A DNA stretch of 64,000 bases from positions 434,001 through 498,000 of the forward strand of contig JAYWIR010000001.1 in NCBI GenBank assembly GCA_036172245.1, read 5' to 3'. The notes beneath the pieces were generated by a model. The model was not told where the DNA came from, ran no database searches, and worked only from the letters and a program-made list of their open reading frames with translations. Numbering within the stretch: the stretch's first letter is position 1; each line of letters begins with the position of its first letter. A program made the position numbers and the translations under genes. Origin of the DNA: Raillietiella orientalis (lineage: Eukaryota). Positions 25,721-38,380 of this stretch are shown here, piece by piece.

Positions 25721-27689
25721 GTTCCTCAGGGCGCATTCCCTGGTGCAAAGCCCAACCTCCTGCCTCCAAGCATTCGAGTTCTTCGGTAGAGCCGCGGAGG
25801 GACTTTCGGGGGGGAAGCGAGCTGCTTTCGGAATATGGGGAGAAGGAAGGGCAGCCACACACCCCTTCATCTCGTACCAGGAGCTCGGCAGTAGCAGAAG
25901 CGTGGGGAGTCCTGCTGCTGGTGCAGCTCCGGGGCATGAGGGCGCACACCACGGTCGAGTCCACCGTTGGGGCCAACCACACCCAGAGTTGCATTTGCAG
26001 GTCTTCAGGGCGGATGCCGGACCTCGCAGGTTTCTTCAAAGGACGTTACTCAACAGGATATAAGTACAGGACCTGGACGAGTAAGGAGAGCGGGGCACAG
26101 AAGAATAGAAAAAAAAAAACAAGTTGGACAATCATGTTTGAGAGTTCCGGAAGCTGAGCATCATCTCCTTCTCCCTGAGATGGCTGGCATCTTCGTAGAC
26201 TGTAAGATCGCGTCCGTTTCGCAGCAGAAGCAATGCCTGCTTGGCATCATGGTTCCAGCCTCGATTAAAAGTGGGAGACGTCGAGATTGCTGCCATTCCC
26301 TTGAAGATGAAACGGTTATGGCTGTCTGCGGTGGTAACGGCATCGCGGAGCTCACGTCTTCCCCCGTTGCCGTGACGACGCCTTTCTCCTTTCCCTCCTG
26401 GTCCATTGCAGCTGGAAGGGGGGACTGCCCTTACCTGTGGGTCGTAAAGTCCGCTCCGCTGCCAGCCAGTCGTTCCAGATGCGCTGCTCTGGAAAAGCTC
26501 CGTTTCCAAGCAACCGATGAGGAATCTGACCGGAAGTTGGACCGCTGGTCGCGAAGGAACGACCAAAAGTGAGGGAACGTGGGAGTAGCAGACGAGCAGC
26601 CGCGAGTTGGCCATCAGGAGAAACCCGACACTCCGGTTTCGACCTCCCTTTTCCGTAGCTACCCGCCGAATCTGCCTGCAGCGTGCTCGGTCGAGCGAAG
26701 TTTTCCAGGTCCGAATCGCAAGGGTCAGTTTGTTCGGTCAATCCCGACCCATCGTTTTGGTTCGTCCAACGGCTATTAAACGATATGCGTTATGTAGACG
26801 AGCGTATCAGAAGACAGTGAGGGGGGCGAACTCGGAATGCCTCGAGGAAATGAACGCAGCGAACCCGAATACCAGAGCGGACTTTTCCAGTGAGAAATCG
26901 GCAAGCGGATGTCTTCTTGTTTTCTACAGAAGTCGCTCCGAAGAAGTCAAAGCAAAATCTCCGATAACGACTGATAGCGTGCTCTTTCCGCCTTAGAGGC
27001 CCGAAGAAATAGCTGCAGGAAACTGCGAAAAAGCGATCGTAAAGGATGCTGCAAGATTAATGGCTCTCGGGAGAGACCAGACGGAAGGCACGGGCTCCAT
27101 GATAGGCGGCCGGATGAAGAAGAGTGCAGCTTGACAACCTTGAAAAAAAAAAAAGGAATCGTGGATGGAGGTAATTCAGAGAGATCCACGATTTCCGCAT
27201 CCATTATCAACCCGACGGAACTACCACTCCTGAACTGGCTGCAGAGAAGCTTTTGTTTCGCTTTTCCTAACCGCTGGCATGGAGCCGATTCCTCCGGAAA
27301 AAAAGACGACCCTTTAGAATCGCAGGTGGGCTTCTAAGAGTCAGCATCCTTCGTTCATCAATAACAAGGAAGGAGTTTAAAGCCTCATGCGGCGAAGACT
27401 TCATCGCAAAGACGATAGACGTCTACAAGGAAGCGGTCAACAAGTGATGAAAAAAAACAAAGGTAATCACTCCACAGCGGATCCAGGTCCAGCTTTGCTA
27501 CTCGTCAGCAGTTCGACGACACAAATGCACTCGTGGGAACATGAGGGAGGAGGGAGAAAACAGAGATAAATAAACAGCAGCCAGGAAGATTCCAAAGAAA
27601 GGTTTCTAGGGAACTAACCTGGAGTCCTCAGCATCTTTTCCAGGATTCGAGTTCCTCCTCGCCATGTTTCTTCCTGGTGTGGATCGTTG

Positions 27690-28330
27690 AAGGCTGCAAG
27701 ACGAGCGAGTTAGTGGTGGATGGCGCCACTCTTCGTTCCCCGGACGGAGGAACTCCCTCGGTTCCCCTTGAAGAATCCTCCGTCCTCTTATGTGTGCAGA
27801 CACCTCCGTATTCTCTCCCCGCTGGAAGCGGGATGTCCTGTTCTTTCTGCACGGACGGGATTCCTGCGCAACCAGAGCAGGCATGTGGCTTTCCTGGGGA
27901 GTTGCCTCCCCGAACTGTTCCAGGTATGAGACGGTCGAATCGTTCCCGCGCCTCCTGTTGGACTGCGGTGTCCTGGAGGACATGTGCCTCGGTCATCCAC
28001 AGGACATCGCTTTGGTCTCTTGCCGCGGCGCTTCTCCACGCAAGGCAGGCTGAAGACGGGCGTTGCGATGGCAACCATCCGTTGCCTCCGCGGGCATGGT
28101 GACAACCCGCAACATGTTGGAGTCAGGTTCGCTGCGAAAGGAGACCACCAGTATGGCCGCCGTCTTCATGAGGACAGCTGCAAGGTGGTCTTATCTGCCA
28201 GAAGAAGTCATCAGAGAAATCGCCACCACCAACAGCCACTTCCTGTCCCTCCCTTCCCCTCTGAACCTTGACGATTTGTTTTTTTTTCAAGTGAACGTCC
28301 CGGCGTCATAGGATGAAAACCTCAGGTGCG
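27690..28330 (+). mobile_element. LINE 3' end (ORF2 C-terminus plus 3' UTR)
   Basis: PNCSRYETVESFPRLLLDCGVLEDM (zf-RVT-like). Collinear with the minus-strand copy at 40140-40860, including ttcaagtgaacgtccc beyond the ORF. Confidence 0.65.
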
Positions 28331-28699
28331 GCCTTCTCGTCACGCTCCTGGGTAAAGTGAGGAAAGAGGGGGGTGGTGTCTCAGTTTTCACAGCCTCTGG
28401 CCGCCGATGCTTCTTGCCGCGGCATCGCCACGGCAACAGCACGGAACTGCTATCGGGCGCCTCTGGCCACATCTCGTGGCGCGTGAAGAGTTCTTCTCAG
28501 TATGTCCTTTGAGTTGTCCTTTGGGGAGTTCAGGGACCTTCCCATCCACTGCGGAAGGCAGAGCGCTCGGATAGCAGGCACGGGAAGATTCCCCACACGC
28601 GAGCGCAGTCTCGAGTCCCACTTCTTCCGCCTGTCCAACGGTCACGGTACCAAGCACAGCGAGGTCCCTCGAAGTCGAAGGGTCGCCTCAAAGACCTGG

Positions 28700-29063
28700 T
28701 CTCACCACGTCAGGACTCGGCATCCCTCTGACGTCAAGGAAGGAGAAGATGCAGCACCAGATCAGGATGATGGCCTTGGAGACCGGGACTGGATTCGAAA
28801 AACTGACGCCGAAAATCCCGAAGTGCGCAGTCTGTTGTAAGGGGCGGACCTTGCCGCTCCCCCGCGATCGAGACCGCAAGAAAGTGCTCGGATCCCCGCT
28901 GACGCTGCTGCATCCTGTGGGAGAACGCCGGTGCATCTTCCGCCGCACCGCGAGCCACACTCTCGGCTCCAGGAGGCGGGGCAACCCGGATGCAACCCTG
29001 ATTTGCAATCCGGGAGCGGTCTCCCTGGAGGAACCGGGAAAGGACGCGGAGAAGTGCGCCTGA
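28700..29063 (+). mobile_element. L1/Tx1-like ORF1 remnant with degenerate CCHC zinc knuckle
   Basis: CIFRRTASHTLGSR fits C-x2-C-x4-H-x4-C spacing with two Cys positions read as Arg; upstream CAVC pair. Confidence 0.5.
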
Positions 29064-29969
29064 GGCAGTGCCACCTCCCACCCCCCTCATTCCTAGCCGC
29101 AGCACCGTCCTTCTCACGGGAGAGAAACGACGGTTGCTGGCCGGCAGGGTAAGTGACCTCTTTGCAGCAGAGACGATGCTGACGGGCCAGGCGACCGACG
29201 CGGTGGGAGGAACATCTGGACATCTCACGGAGATGATGACCCCTCTTTTGGACCTGGACGATCTGGACGGCTCCATCCTTGTCCTCAAGCGGCAGCACAA
29301 AGAGGCTGCTCTTTCGCATCAGGGCTTCTTGCCGCGACCAGCGGCAGGGTGGGTGACTTCATGGCAACAGAGACGGCACCGGCAGTCCAGATGACCGATG
29401 CGGAGTTGCCCTTTCGGGTGGGATATCGAGATGTTCCGCCGCCGGACATGCTGACCACTCCCCCTCCCCCTGCCTGAACTGCTTTGCGATTTCCCTCGGG
29501 AGACCTCACGGAGAGGCTTTGCTGTTCGTCCACCGGAGCTTCCCAGGGGTCCAGCCGCTGCACCGCTGGGCGACGGGGCGGCACCTCTCCGAACTGCGCC
29601 AGTCGCTGGGGTGCGGTGACCTTCGGAGCGCGCGGAAACGCTTCGCGGCTGCGCTGCTTCGACCCGAATACACTCCGGAAGAGCTGCTGCGGCTGTGGCA
29701 ACACTGCTACGCTCTGGAAGGGGTCTTTGTCGCCCACCTCCCCGATCGCCCGATCCTGTGTTTGCCTCAGCCGGACCGTGGAGTCGTGGAATACGCAGGG
29801 TGCCTGTCAGCAAGGATAGAGGAGGTCCACTCGCCCCATTTCCGCAGTGATGAGGATTGCGGCGAAGCGACATTCAAAAGACGCCGTTGGCAAGGGAGAC
29901 GCCGCCTGCATCTCAGGCAGGTGGCGGGAGGCGCGGCGGGTGTGACCGCTGACCCCTGTCCCTTCCTTC

Positions 29970-30110
29970 TTTTATTCATTCGTTTGTTCATTCATTCATT
30001 TATTATTATTTATGTATTTATGTATGTACGTATTTATTTATTTATGGATTCATTGAATAATTGATTGATTTGCCTATTTATTTACTCATTCGTTTATTTA
30101 TTTATTTACT
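29970..30110. repeat. Degenerate (ATTT/ATTC)n simple repeat
   Basis: Read directly; possibly a retroelement tail. Confidence 0.85.
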
Positions 30111-30899
30111 GTCCCCCTCCCATGTGACCTTCTGTGCTGACGGTCTGCGAGTCGATGGTTTTCTTTTTCTTTCTTCACTTCCTTGAAATTCTCATGGACC
30201 AGTGAACTCAGCAACCCACATGGCCTGTTTATTTTCATCATTTCTGAAAAAGAAACGTCCTCGGGGTAACTGAGAGAGAACGGCGACATTATGCACGGAC
30301 TACAGCGGAGAGAACTGTGCTTCCTTCGCGGCGAAAGGGTGAATCTTCTGATGGCTCGGCCACATGCTGGTTCTCTAGATGCAGATGGTCAGTTTTGCGG
30401 TTTCTTTCTCTCCCTGCCAATGCTGCTGTGGACTACTCGTGAACTTCCACTCCTCCAAACTGCCAATCGAGACCGATAACCGGCGATGCCGCCTGCCTTC
30501 ACGATAGAGAGCTCTCTCTGCTCTCTGAAGGACGTCACCGCCTTCCGACCGTCGGGTCAACCTTCCAAGGCGGAGGCGTTTCCCTCAACTTCTCCAGCAA
30601 AGCTACTGCGTTTTCGCTGAATGAGACCAAGTCGCACCGACATTGTGACAAGACGGTATGACTTTTGGGGCTGGTCCCGAGGGTACGGTCAGCTCGCTCC
30701 CAGAAGAAAGCCCCCACCTGGGGTTGCCACGAGCCTCTGTCGGAATTTCCTGCTACTCAGCCCTGCACGGGCGCAATCCCCCGACTTCCGCCAGGAAGGC
30801 GGAAGAACTCAAAACGTCCTTCCTCCTCCCTTGCCTGGCGCTTCCCGTACTCTTCGCCCCGGACCCACCCAGGGAACCTCACCGGCTCGTCGAGGCCAG

Positions 30900-31624
30900 C
30901 AGCCGGCGCCCTGACCTCAAGGGATCTCGCGAGAGCCTTCGTCCGCGGATTGAGAGATGCTGCCACCACCTTCCGAGCAGTGCCAAGATTTGGAGCTCGG
31001 GCCTCGCCACTTCCTCTGCCCTGCTCGGGCCGACATCCTGCTGGCGAGACGGCCTGCGGGCACGCAGCGCCCGGGATCCCGCCCTCTACTCTAGGGCCCG
31101 TCAGCTGGAAATAAGCAGGACGATCTTCTCCAGCAAGGGCGCGGAGATGGCGACGGGCGAGGCATTGAAGAAGATAGGGGGTCGCTCGGAAGGAGGCGAG
31201 GCTGCGGCGAAGCACCGGGAGGACTGTGGTCTCTGCTTCTGGTGCGCTCTTCTGTCGCTGCTACCGTAGCTGCTCTTGCTGTTGCGCGTGGTCTTGCTGT
31301 TTCCATCCGCGAGAGGAGGCTGGAGGACGGCTTGTGGCCACTGGCAACCGTTGTCGCGACAGCCTGCAGGCCGGAGGATGTCCAAGCAGCCTTTCGGCCT
31401 CGGAGGCGTGGAGGAAGCCCTCCGCTTGCTCCGGTGTCCCACTACTGGTTGCCAGGTGGGGAACGGCCGCTGGAAGGTTCGGTTTCGCTCCGCTACCCCG
31501 AAAAGTGGCCTTCCCTTTCTCCCCCTTAAGAGGAAGAAGGTTCAATCAAGGGACCAAAAAACAAGAAAAAAGATAGGAAGACAGTAGCCCCAAGGGACTG
31601 CCACCATCCGGGTACGGGTTGTCG
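30900..31624 (+). mobile_element. Decayed LINE 3' end with SINE-like tail
   Basis: Terminal LVARWG resembles AARWPTWG / TARWPH of the other copies; 31510-31624 matches the SINE tail region at 33675-33814. Confidence 0.45.
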
Positions 31625-32245
31625 GCAAACTCGGATAATATAGTTAATGAGAGAGATCTGGCAGAGAGGGAAGTCCGGGAGAAGGTAACCAAGTTGCTGT
31701 CATTGTCGCGCGATATCGAGGACCTTGTGGCTCAAAACGAGAAACTTGACCGGATCCGAAAGGGTCTCCAGAATGAGCTTAGCGCCCTTGACAGCTGCAA
31801 GGAACAGCTGATCTCAATGTACACGACACGGGAAAGGGCAAAGTGCAGTCTCGAAAGCGAGGTTGCGAGACTGAAAGCACAAGTGGAAGAACTAGAACAT
31901 GAGCTGCAGATGTGCGGAGACAACAAGCTGCGTATGGAAGGTTACATGCAAGCAGAGGAAGTCCACCTGGAGCGGGAGCTACAACAAAAAGAAGAATAGG
32001 CTGAATAGAAGAAAAGCACTCTGCTGAAGGAGGTCCGTGACTTAGAAGCAGAGTTGGAGGACGAGCGGGAACAAAGCAGCGCAGCAGTAATCATGAAGAA
32101 GCTGGAAGCGGAAGCGCGTAATCAACTGCATGCACTGGAGTCTGCAAGCAAGCTGAAGGTCGAAACGTTAAAACAAGTGGAGAAGCTGCAGCCACAGCTA
32201 AAAGACGACCAGCAGGAAGTGGAAACAGCTTTGGTCAGCCGGGAC
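31625..32245 (+). pseudogene. Non-muscle myosin II heavy chain (zipper/MYH9-10-like) coiled-coil tail fragment, pseudogenised
   Basis: ERDLAEREVREKVTKLLSLSR...AKCSLESEV..LKAQVEELEHELQMCGDNKLRME...ERELQQKEE*AE*KKSTLLKEVRDLEAELEDER...KKLE matches the myosin II tail (ERD.AEREAREKETK.LS...EDAKLRLEVNMQA...RDLE.ELEDER). In-frame TAG at 31997-31999 and 32006-32008; no introns and no motor domain nearby. Confidence 0.85.
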
Positions 32246-32974
32246 CCGCGCCTCGCCCGTATTTGCCCCTGCGGGCTCGACGCATGCGGAGCGCGCCTGA
32301 GCTTCCCATCCGCCTCCGAGTCTCCCTCGTGCGCCTCTCAGGGGAAAGCGGATGTCCCCGACCGCAGAGAGAGGGCGCTTTCTGTTGCCGAAGATTCGTC
32401 CCCTACGGACGGCCAACCAACGGCCCAGATAACCAGAATCCGCGGTGTACCACAAGAGCTGATGATTTTTCGAGCTGCTCAGTGCAGTTGTTCCTTTCAG
32501 GCCCAGCACTGATTCTGACATCCGAGTCATCTCCGCTGCAGACTCCACGCCCCCGGGAGGCAGGTGTCTGCGACGCCTCGCTCTTCTGTCCCGTCTTTGA
32601 CAAAGACTTCCCCATTATATCGAGCAGGCACCGCTGTGCCGAGGCATTCTCGGATGTCCACCCGGAGGGAGAAGGATGCAGCCAATCGAGAATCTTTGTT
32701 TCCGGTTCTTGCGGAGAAACGTGCGTCCTACGTCTCGTGAGACGGCGGGAGGAAGCGGGGACCTCCAGGACGTAGATATGTGGTGCGGTTGTCCTCATGC
32801 GCATTCAGAAATCCGAAGTGATCCCAGAGGCATTCCGTCCGCTCTTCAGGAACGATCCTCAACGTGCTCACGGAAAGCGGACCTGCCACGGAAAGCTCAC
32901 CTCGACCTGCCCAGCATTGAACCCCAGTTTTTTCGGAGTTCTTTGCTCTTCGGGACGATGCTCTGCTCGGCTTG

Positions 32975-33780
32975 AGTTAGTGGCCTCCGAGAGGCTTCAC
33001 CCCCCACCCCTGCGCGCGGCGTCGGTAGTAGCGGGTTGGAATCCCGCCCAGGGAAGGATCGACGCCGAGAACGAGTGCGTCGTGAGTTTCCAGTCTCCTC
33101 GCAAGATGACGCTAGCTGTCTGTGGTTGACTTCGGGTGCGGGGCACTGAGGAAAGGACCCGATGCCCCCGTTGACTGGCTTCCGAGATCAGAAGGTGAAC
33201 CCTCTGGGGTCCTTCCAGGAATCTAGGAAACATCCGAAATTCCCTTCCGGTTTTGAAAATGGAGCCGTTACCATGGAGCTGGTTGATGGCCTCCTCTGGG
33301 GGGCGTCTCTCCACAGTGAGAAGAGGCGCGCTGCTCCCTTCGCCCTTCAGAGAAACTGGGAAGCGGCCCTTAAGGGTTCTCTTCAGAGGAAGAAAGAAGA
33401 AGCAGCTTCCCCGCAGGTTCCCTCCGAGAAGAAATTCCAGGAGCGGCTTCCCCCTTCGGGGATTCCTCCCAAGAGAACAAGGAAGAGGTGGTTCCCTTCG
33501 GATTTCCCTATGGAGACAACGAGGGCGGAGGATTCCCTTCCGAGTGCGAGGGGAACAGACTTTTTTCTCTGGAGCCTTCCTGGATTTATAAAGTGTTCCC
33601 TCCATGCTCACCCCCTATAACCTGAAGAGTTACATGCACCTCGCACCCAAACCGTGTCAAAGAGTTTCGTGATCTTTCCCCTTTTCCACCCTTGAGAGGC
33701 GGAGAGTTCTTCAGCACTTGGCGGACCAAAAAACAAGAGAAAAAAAAGATGAGAGGAAAGCAGAGAAACTAGAAGAACCC
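32975..33780 (+). mobile_element. tRNA-derived SINE, near full-length (copy D)
   Basis: A-box-like tggcctccgagagg (~32981), B-box-like gggttggaatcccgcc (~33033), shared body, A-rich tail at ~33728-33750. Confidence 0.75.
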
Positions 33781-36700
33781 CAAGGAACTGCCACCACCCA
33801 TGTGCAGGTTGTCGCCCCTTGGGCCGGGTCGAGTCGGTCGTCTGCCGCTGCCCCGGTGCAGCGGTCAGCAGAACGGGCATCGGGCCATCTATTCCGCTGT
33901 GCTGCCCTAGCAGGGTGGGCTCAGTGGAACGCGCGGGACCAGTGGTCCAGGGCGCTCGCGTGCTCCATCGGATGCTGGAGGTCTTGGAGCCGCGCGGTGT
34001 GTGCACCTTCCGCCCGCGGCTTTCCTGCTCCGTGTGGAGCTTCTTCGGAGTCAGTCATATACTCGGCGACCTCCTCCGAAAGGTAGTGGAAGGCTGAAGA
34101 GGACCGTCTCCTAGGATAGACTCGGGTGCAGTCTTTCCATTCAAGGACGAGATCACCCCTGGCTACCCTTGATTGTTTCGCCGTGTTTTTCAGGGACCTC
34201 CGTGCGTCCCCGATTCGATCCCGCCCCTCGCGGATGAGACCACTCCTCGAGACCTCCCAAGCGTAGGCGGCTGCCACGCGGGTGACCTCCCTTCACCGCG
34301 GCCGATGCCCCAGCACGCAGCGGCTGTGACGGTGGCGAGGGAGCAGTCACGGCGCCTGCCGACATTCCGCCGCGAGCGAAGGATCGCAGCAACAAGACCT
34401 TGAGTGCAGGAGCGCTGAAGACGGCCTCCTCCGCAGTACGCCGAGGCCACCGCAGTCCAACAGTCCCGTCGCAGTTGACCCTCAAACAGATTGGGGACGG
34501 ATCTGCCCATGAAACGAGGTGTCGACTCCGGCTGCACCGAAAAACTCCAGTGCAGAAACCACCCGCCCTCTCACCTCAGGGAACACCCAGGTGACCGGAC
34601 ACGAACGAGGGGTCACAACTGCAATCACTCACGACTAACTCAAATAGAATCGTTTTCATTCTGTTCATTTTCCCGCCTTTGATAGCAGAGGCGGGAAATT
34701 AGAAAGTTTTGAATTCTATAAGATGAAAATGGCGAGTTCAGGATGGAAAGCAAAGATCGTTGATGATGAACGGGAACGAACACGCAAAAGACAGAGGCAA
34801 GAATTAGAGGCTGCTGCTTGGGTAGAAGTATGACATAAGGAGAGAATGTGAAGTCCAGACCTTGGAAGGATCATCTGAGTTTGAAGGGTGATCCTAGTGT
34901 GCGAGGCGCTTCCGAATAGAACCCGGAAAAGGGCGCAGTCCAAGTGGTCGAAGCACGCCCAGCGGGCATGTTTTTGTGTGCCGCCGGAAGCGACCTCGGA
35001 AGCGATCCCGGAGGGAGAGATGATTCTCCAGCTCTCAGACGAGGACGCCGGAGGGAGAAACACGGGATGAATCCTGGACGGGAGTTTTTCGGGAAGGTGG
35101 GGCAGAGAGCAGCAAGGAGCTGAAGATGTCTCAGACTTGATTGCCTTAGTCGATTCCCGTCTCTCTCCTTCTCCATGGCTACGTGTGGACGCATCAGCGC
35201 ATAATTTCCTCTCCCCCTCCCTCCTTTCTCGTTCGCCTGTTTCCTCCTCGCCCGGAAGATGAGCTGCTGCGATCCGGGATCCCTGGAGGTGGCAGTTACT
35301 ACGGAGAAATCAAATCACGGGACTGTTCCTCCAAGAAGAAATGAGCTCGCTGCTTGCTGCTGCCCTGGTGCGTCTATCGGATGCCCCGGCTTTGCCGCCG
35401 GTAGGCAGTCCCTGAGTGCCTGCCCCGTGCCCGCGTCGCTCTCCCAGGTGCCTCGGGAGGAGCTCCCACACTTCGGGAAAAGCGAGACTGTCTGTGCCGC
35501 ACCGTATCACTCTCGCATCCCGTGTGACGGGACCGCGAGAAGGCAAGAGCCCTCCACGAGGAGGGGGAGGAGAGAGGGGGAGCAAGGGAGGGAGAGGAGG
35601 GTAAGGAGGCCGCCATTCCGGGGAGAATTCCTGCTCGCCGTTCGCGCGGATGTCTGGGCCGGCGCGTGGGGGGCAGAGGAACGGCTGGAGCCACCCCGGA
35701 AGGGACGCACGCCAGAGGTCCATTGACCGAGCACCAATCGGATGCCCCCCAGAAGCAGATCGAGTCTACTCCCGCGGAGCACGGACGCCGGCTACATGCG
35801 ATCCGACGGTAACCAAGGAAGCACTTTACGGACGGGATTCTCTAGGAGGATGCTCCACAGTCTCCATGGTTACTGCGAATCCGACTTAAATCTCTCCTCG
35901 GTTTATGGAAAGAGGAAAGGGACAAAAAAAAAGATCTTTGATTTCGCATCGGTAACTTTGGATGGCGCTCCCCATGCACGCCCGGAAGGGTTGCGTCTGC
36001 AGCACCGCTAGCAAACACCCGGAAGCAGGCACGCACGCTTCGCGAGGAGGCGGGCAGCGAGTAAGGCGGAAGGACATCTCCCGGGCTCTAGGGACTATCC
36101 CCAGAGTTCGTTTTCACGGGCGCCGAGATTTCGGAAGAGAGCGCTGCGAATTCGTTTCCAGGAGGAGGAGGAGAAGGAGACTCGGGAAGTGAAAGGAGGA
36201 AATCCCGAAACCGGGCAGCTAAGTGGGATGCTCATTATCTTGAAAGCTTAGCTGTGATCCTGGGTCATTCCTCCCATTCCTGAGGAGCCAATGCGGGAAG
36301 AGGAACAAATCAGGGGAGTAATGTGTTTCCAAGGAGTTTGAGAAAAAAGGAAAGATGAAAGGAAAATGAGGATGACGCGTTCTTAATCGTTCCGAATCTG
36401 CAGGCGGAAACCAGGAGGAGCGGGAAGATTCTGGAAGGGGCGCAGCGCGGCTGGAGCTCGAACGAAATGCACGCCATTCGCGCGCACGCAGTGCTGTCGC
36501 TTCGCAAACGTGAAGGGGGGAGGAAGGGGGGTGGGCGATCCAGTGGGTCTCAGAAGAACGTCCCGCGGGACTCCTAGCAACTTGCGAAACACGGAAAGCT
36601 CACCGGCGGAAGACCAGCAAAAAAGTCGGAGGCGCGATGCCGGTGTGCGCCGCAGCTTCCGGAAGGTTCGCTCCTTGCGGTACGTGCACGCGGTATCGCC

Positions 36701-37699
36701 AAAGGAGAGGCGTCAGGTGATCTGGCGTGGAAATCAGCCATCGCATTCGGCTCGTTAAAAGAATAAGAATAAGAAGGTCCCAGAAGGTCGACCATGCGTG
36801 TCTGCGTGCAAAAACTGGGTGGGTAAAAGTTCGTAAAAAAAAACACACATCGCACATACACACAAAATGGAGGCGAACGTTTCGTGTCACAGGTGTCCAC
36901 ACACGCTTCGAATCTTCGGACACGATGGGACAGAGTCGTCGTCGCGTCCAGCTTCCAGCAAACTTCCGCCTGGCTGCCTCCCTCGAGAGGGAGGGCGAAG
37001 ACACGTCGTGGCAGCCTCTCTTTGCTTTGTTTGGATTCCGCAGAGGTCCGGGGAGAGCCTCCGTGCTTTCTCTGGTTCCGGGATTCTTTCCGGTGCATAT
37101 ATCATCACCCTTGTCACATTAGCGTCTTCCCAGAGAACATGCTTCACAGGAATCTTCTCCTCCTCTTCTTCTTCTTCGGAACGCACTCACCGAAGCAGGT
37201 ACTTAGCTAATTGCATGAGCCTCACGAACAGCAGACGGCGCGGCGCACACACGCGCTCCCTGCGTGTCCCTCCCGACGGCCCCCGAGCCAGAGGGAATGC
37301 GAGCCGGAACGTCTGCGCGTGAGCAGGTCCGCTCGCAAATCTCTCGGCTCCTGGATTCCCACGCGGTGCAACATCCGCGCGGCCAGTGAGCAGTTTCGGA
37401 AACTCTGAAGATAGCGGGTGGTGTGTGGGTCGGTTGCTTAGCAGCAATCGTATTCGGTGACCGCCAGACAGCCGGTGTTTGCCTTTCTCCCAGGATACCT
37501 GGATTCGGGAGGGATTCCTGTGTTCGGATTTTCCGCGTCCGTTCGGGGAGGAATCCTGCTTGTTTTTCCTTCTCACGAAGAATAAAGATCGCTCCGTGAG
37601 GTCAGTTCTATTCGCCTGGGATGATGGGAATCCTTTGAGGAAGGTGGAGGAAAGGAAGAGGAAGGAAGGAGCAGTGGACACTTGCGGATGTAACACTTG

Positions 37700-38380
37700 C
37701 TTTGAAGTTCTTTTCTGCTTTCCCTCTTTCCCTGTCTTCTTTTCTTTTTTAAGGTTTTCCTTTTTTTGTTCTCAGGAAGTGCTGAGGAACTGTCCTTCTC
37801 GGGGGTGGGGGGAGCTCACGGAGCTCCTGAAGCACCGTACACGCCACCCGAGGGCGCGCGTAAGTCAGGGCGTACCCTGGAAGGGAAGCACCCCATGAAT
37901 CCAGGAAGGCTCCGGAGGAAGGAGTCCGTTCCTCTTACGCTTGGAAGGGGAAAAAAAAACAAAGGGAACCCTTACCTAGTTGTCTCGGAGGGAGTCCTTC
38001 CTCGTTTGTTCTCCGGAGGGTCCCCTCAAGGAAACCGTTCCTCGATACTCCTCTGAAGGGAACCCCAAAGGGTCGCTCCCGGAAGGGAATAGCGCGCTTC
38101 TTTACACTGCGAAAAAGTGTCGATCCACCAGCTCTGTGGTAGAGGATGGACGGCTCCATTTTCACAACCGGAGGAGAACCCCAAAGGGCTCCTTGATTCC
38201 CGGAGGGTCAGCTTCCAATTCCGGCTGGTCAACAGGGGCATCCGACTTCTACCAGTGCAGCACCCAAAGCCAACCGTGGACAGCCAGCGTCATCTTGCAG
38301 GGGGAACTCGGAACCCAAGACGCACCCATTTTTCTCTGGAGTCGATCCTCCACGTGGGAATCACCTCCACGGATCTGGAG
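37700..38380 (-). mobile_element. tRNA-derived SINE (copy E)
   Basis: Body matches 5060-5600 (atgaatccaggaaggctcc...ccttgattcccggagggtcagcttccaat...gtcaacaggggcatccg); T-rich tail at 37710-37770. Confidence 0.7.

Noticed and set aside
31619..32512. Functional myosin/coiled-coil gene (two ORFs in the track)
   Set aside because: Two in-frame stops 9 nt apart, no splice sites bypassing them, no other myosin exons in the window; called a pseudogene fragment instead.
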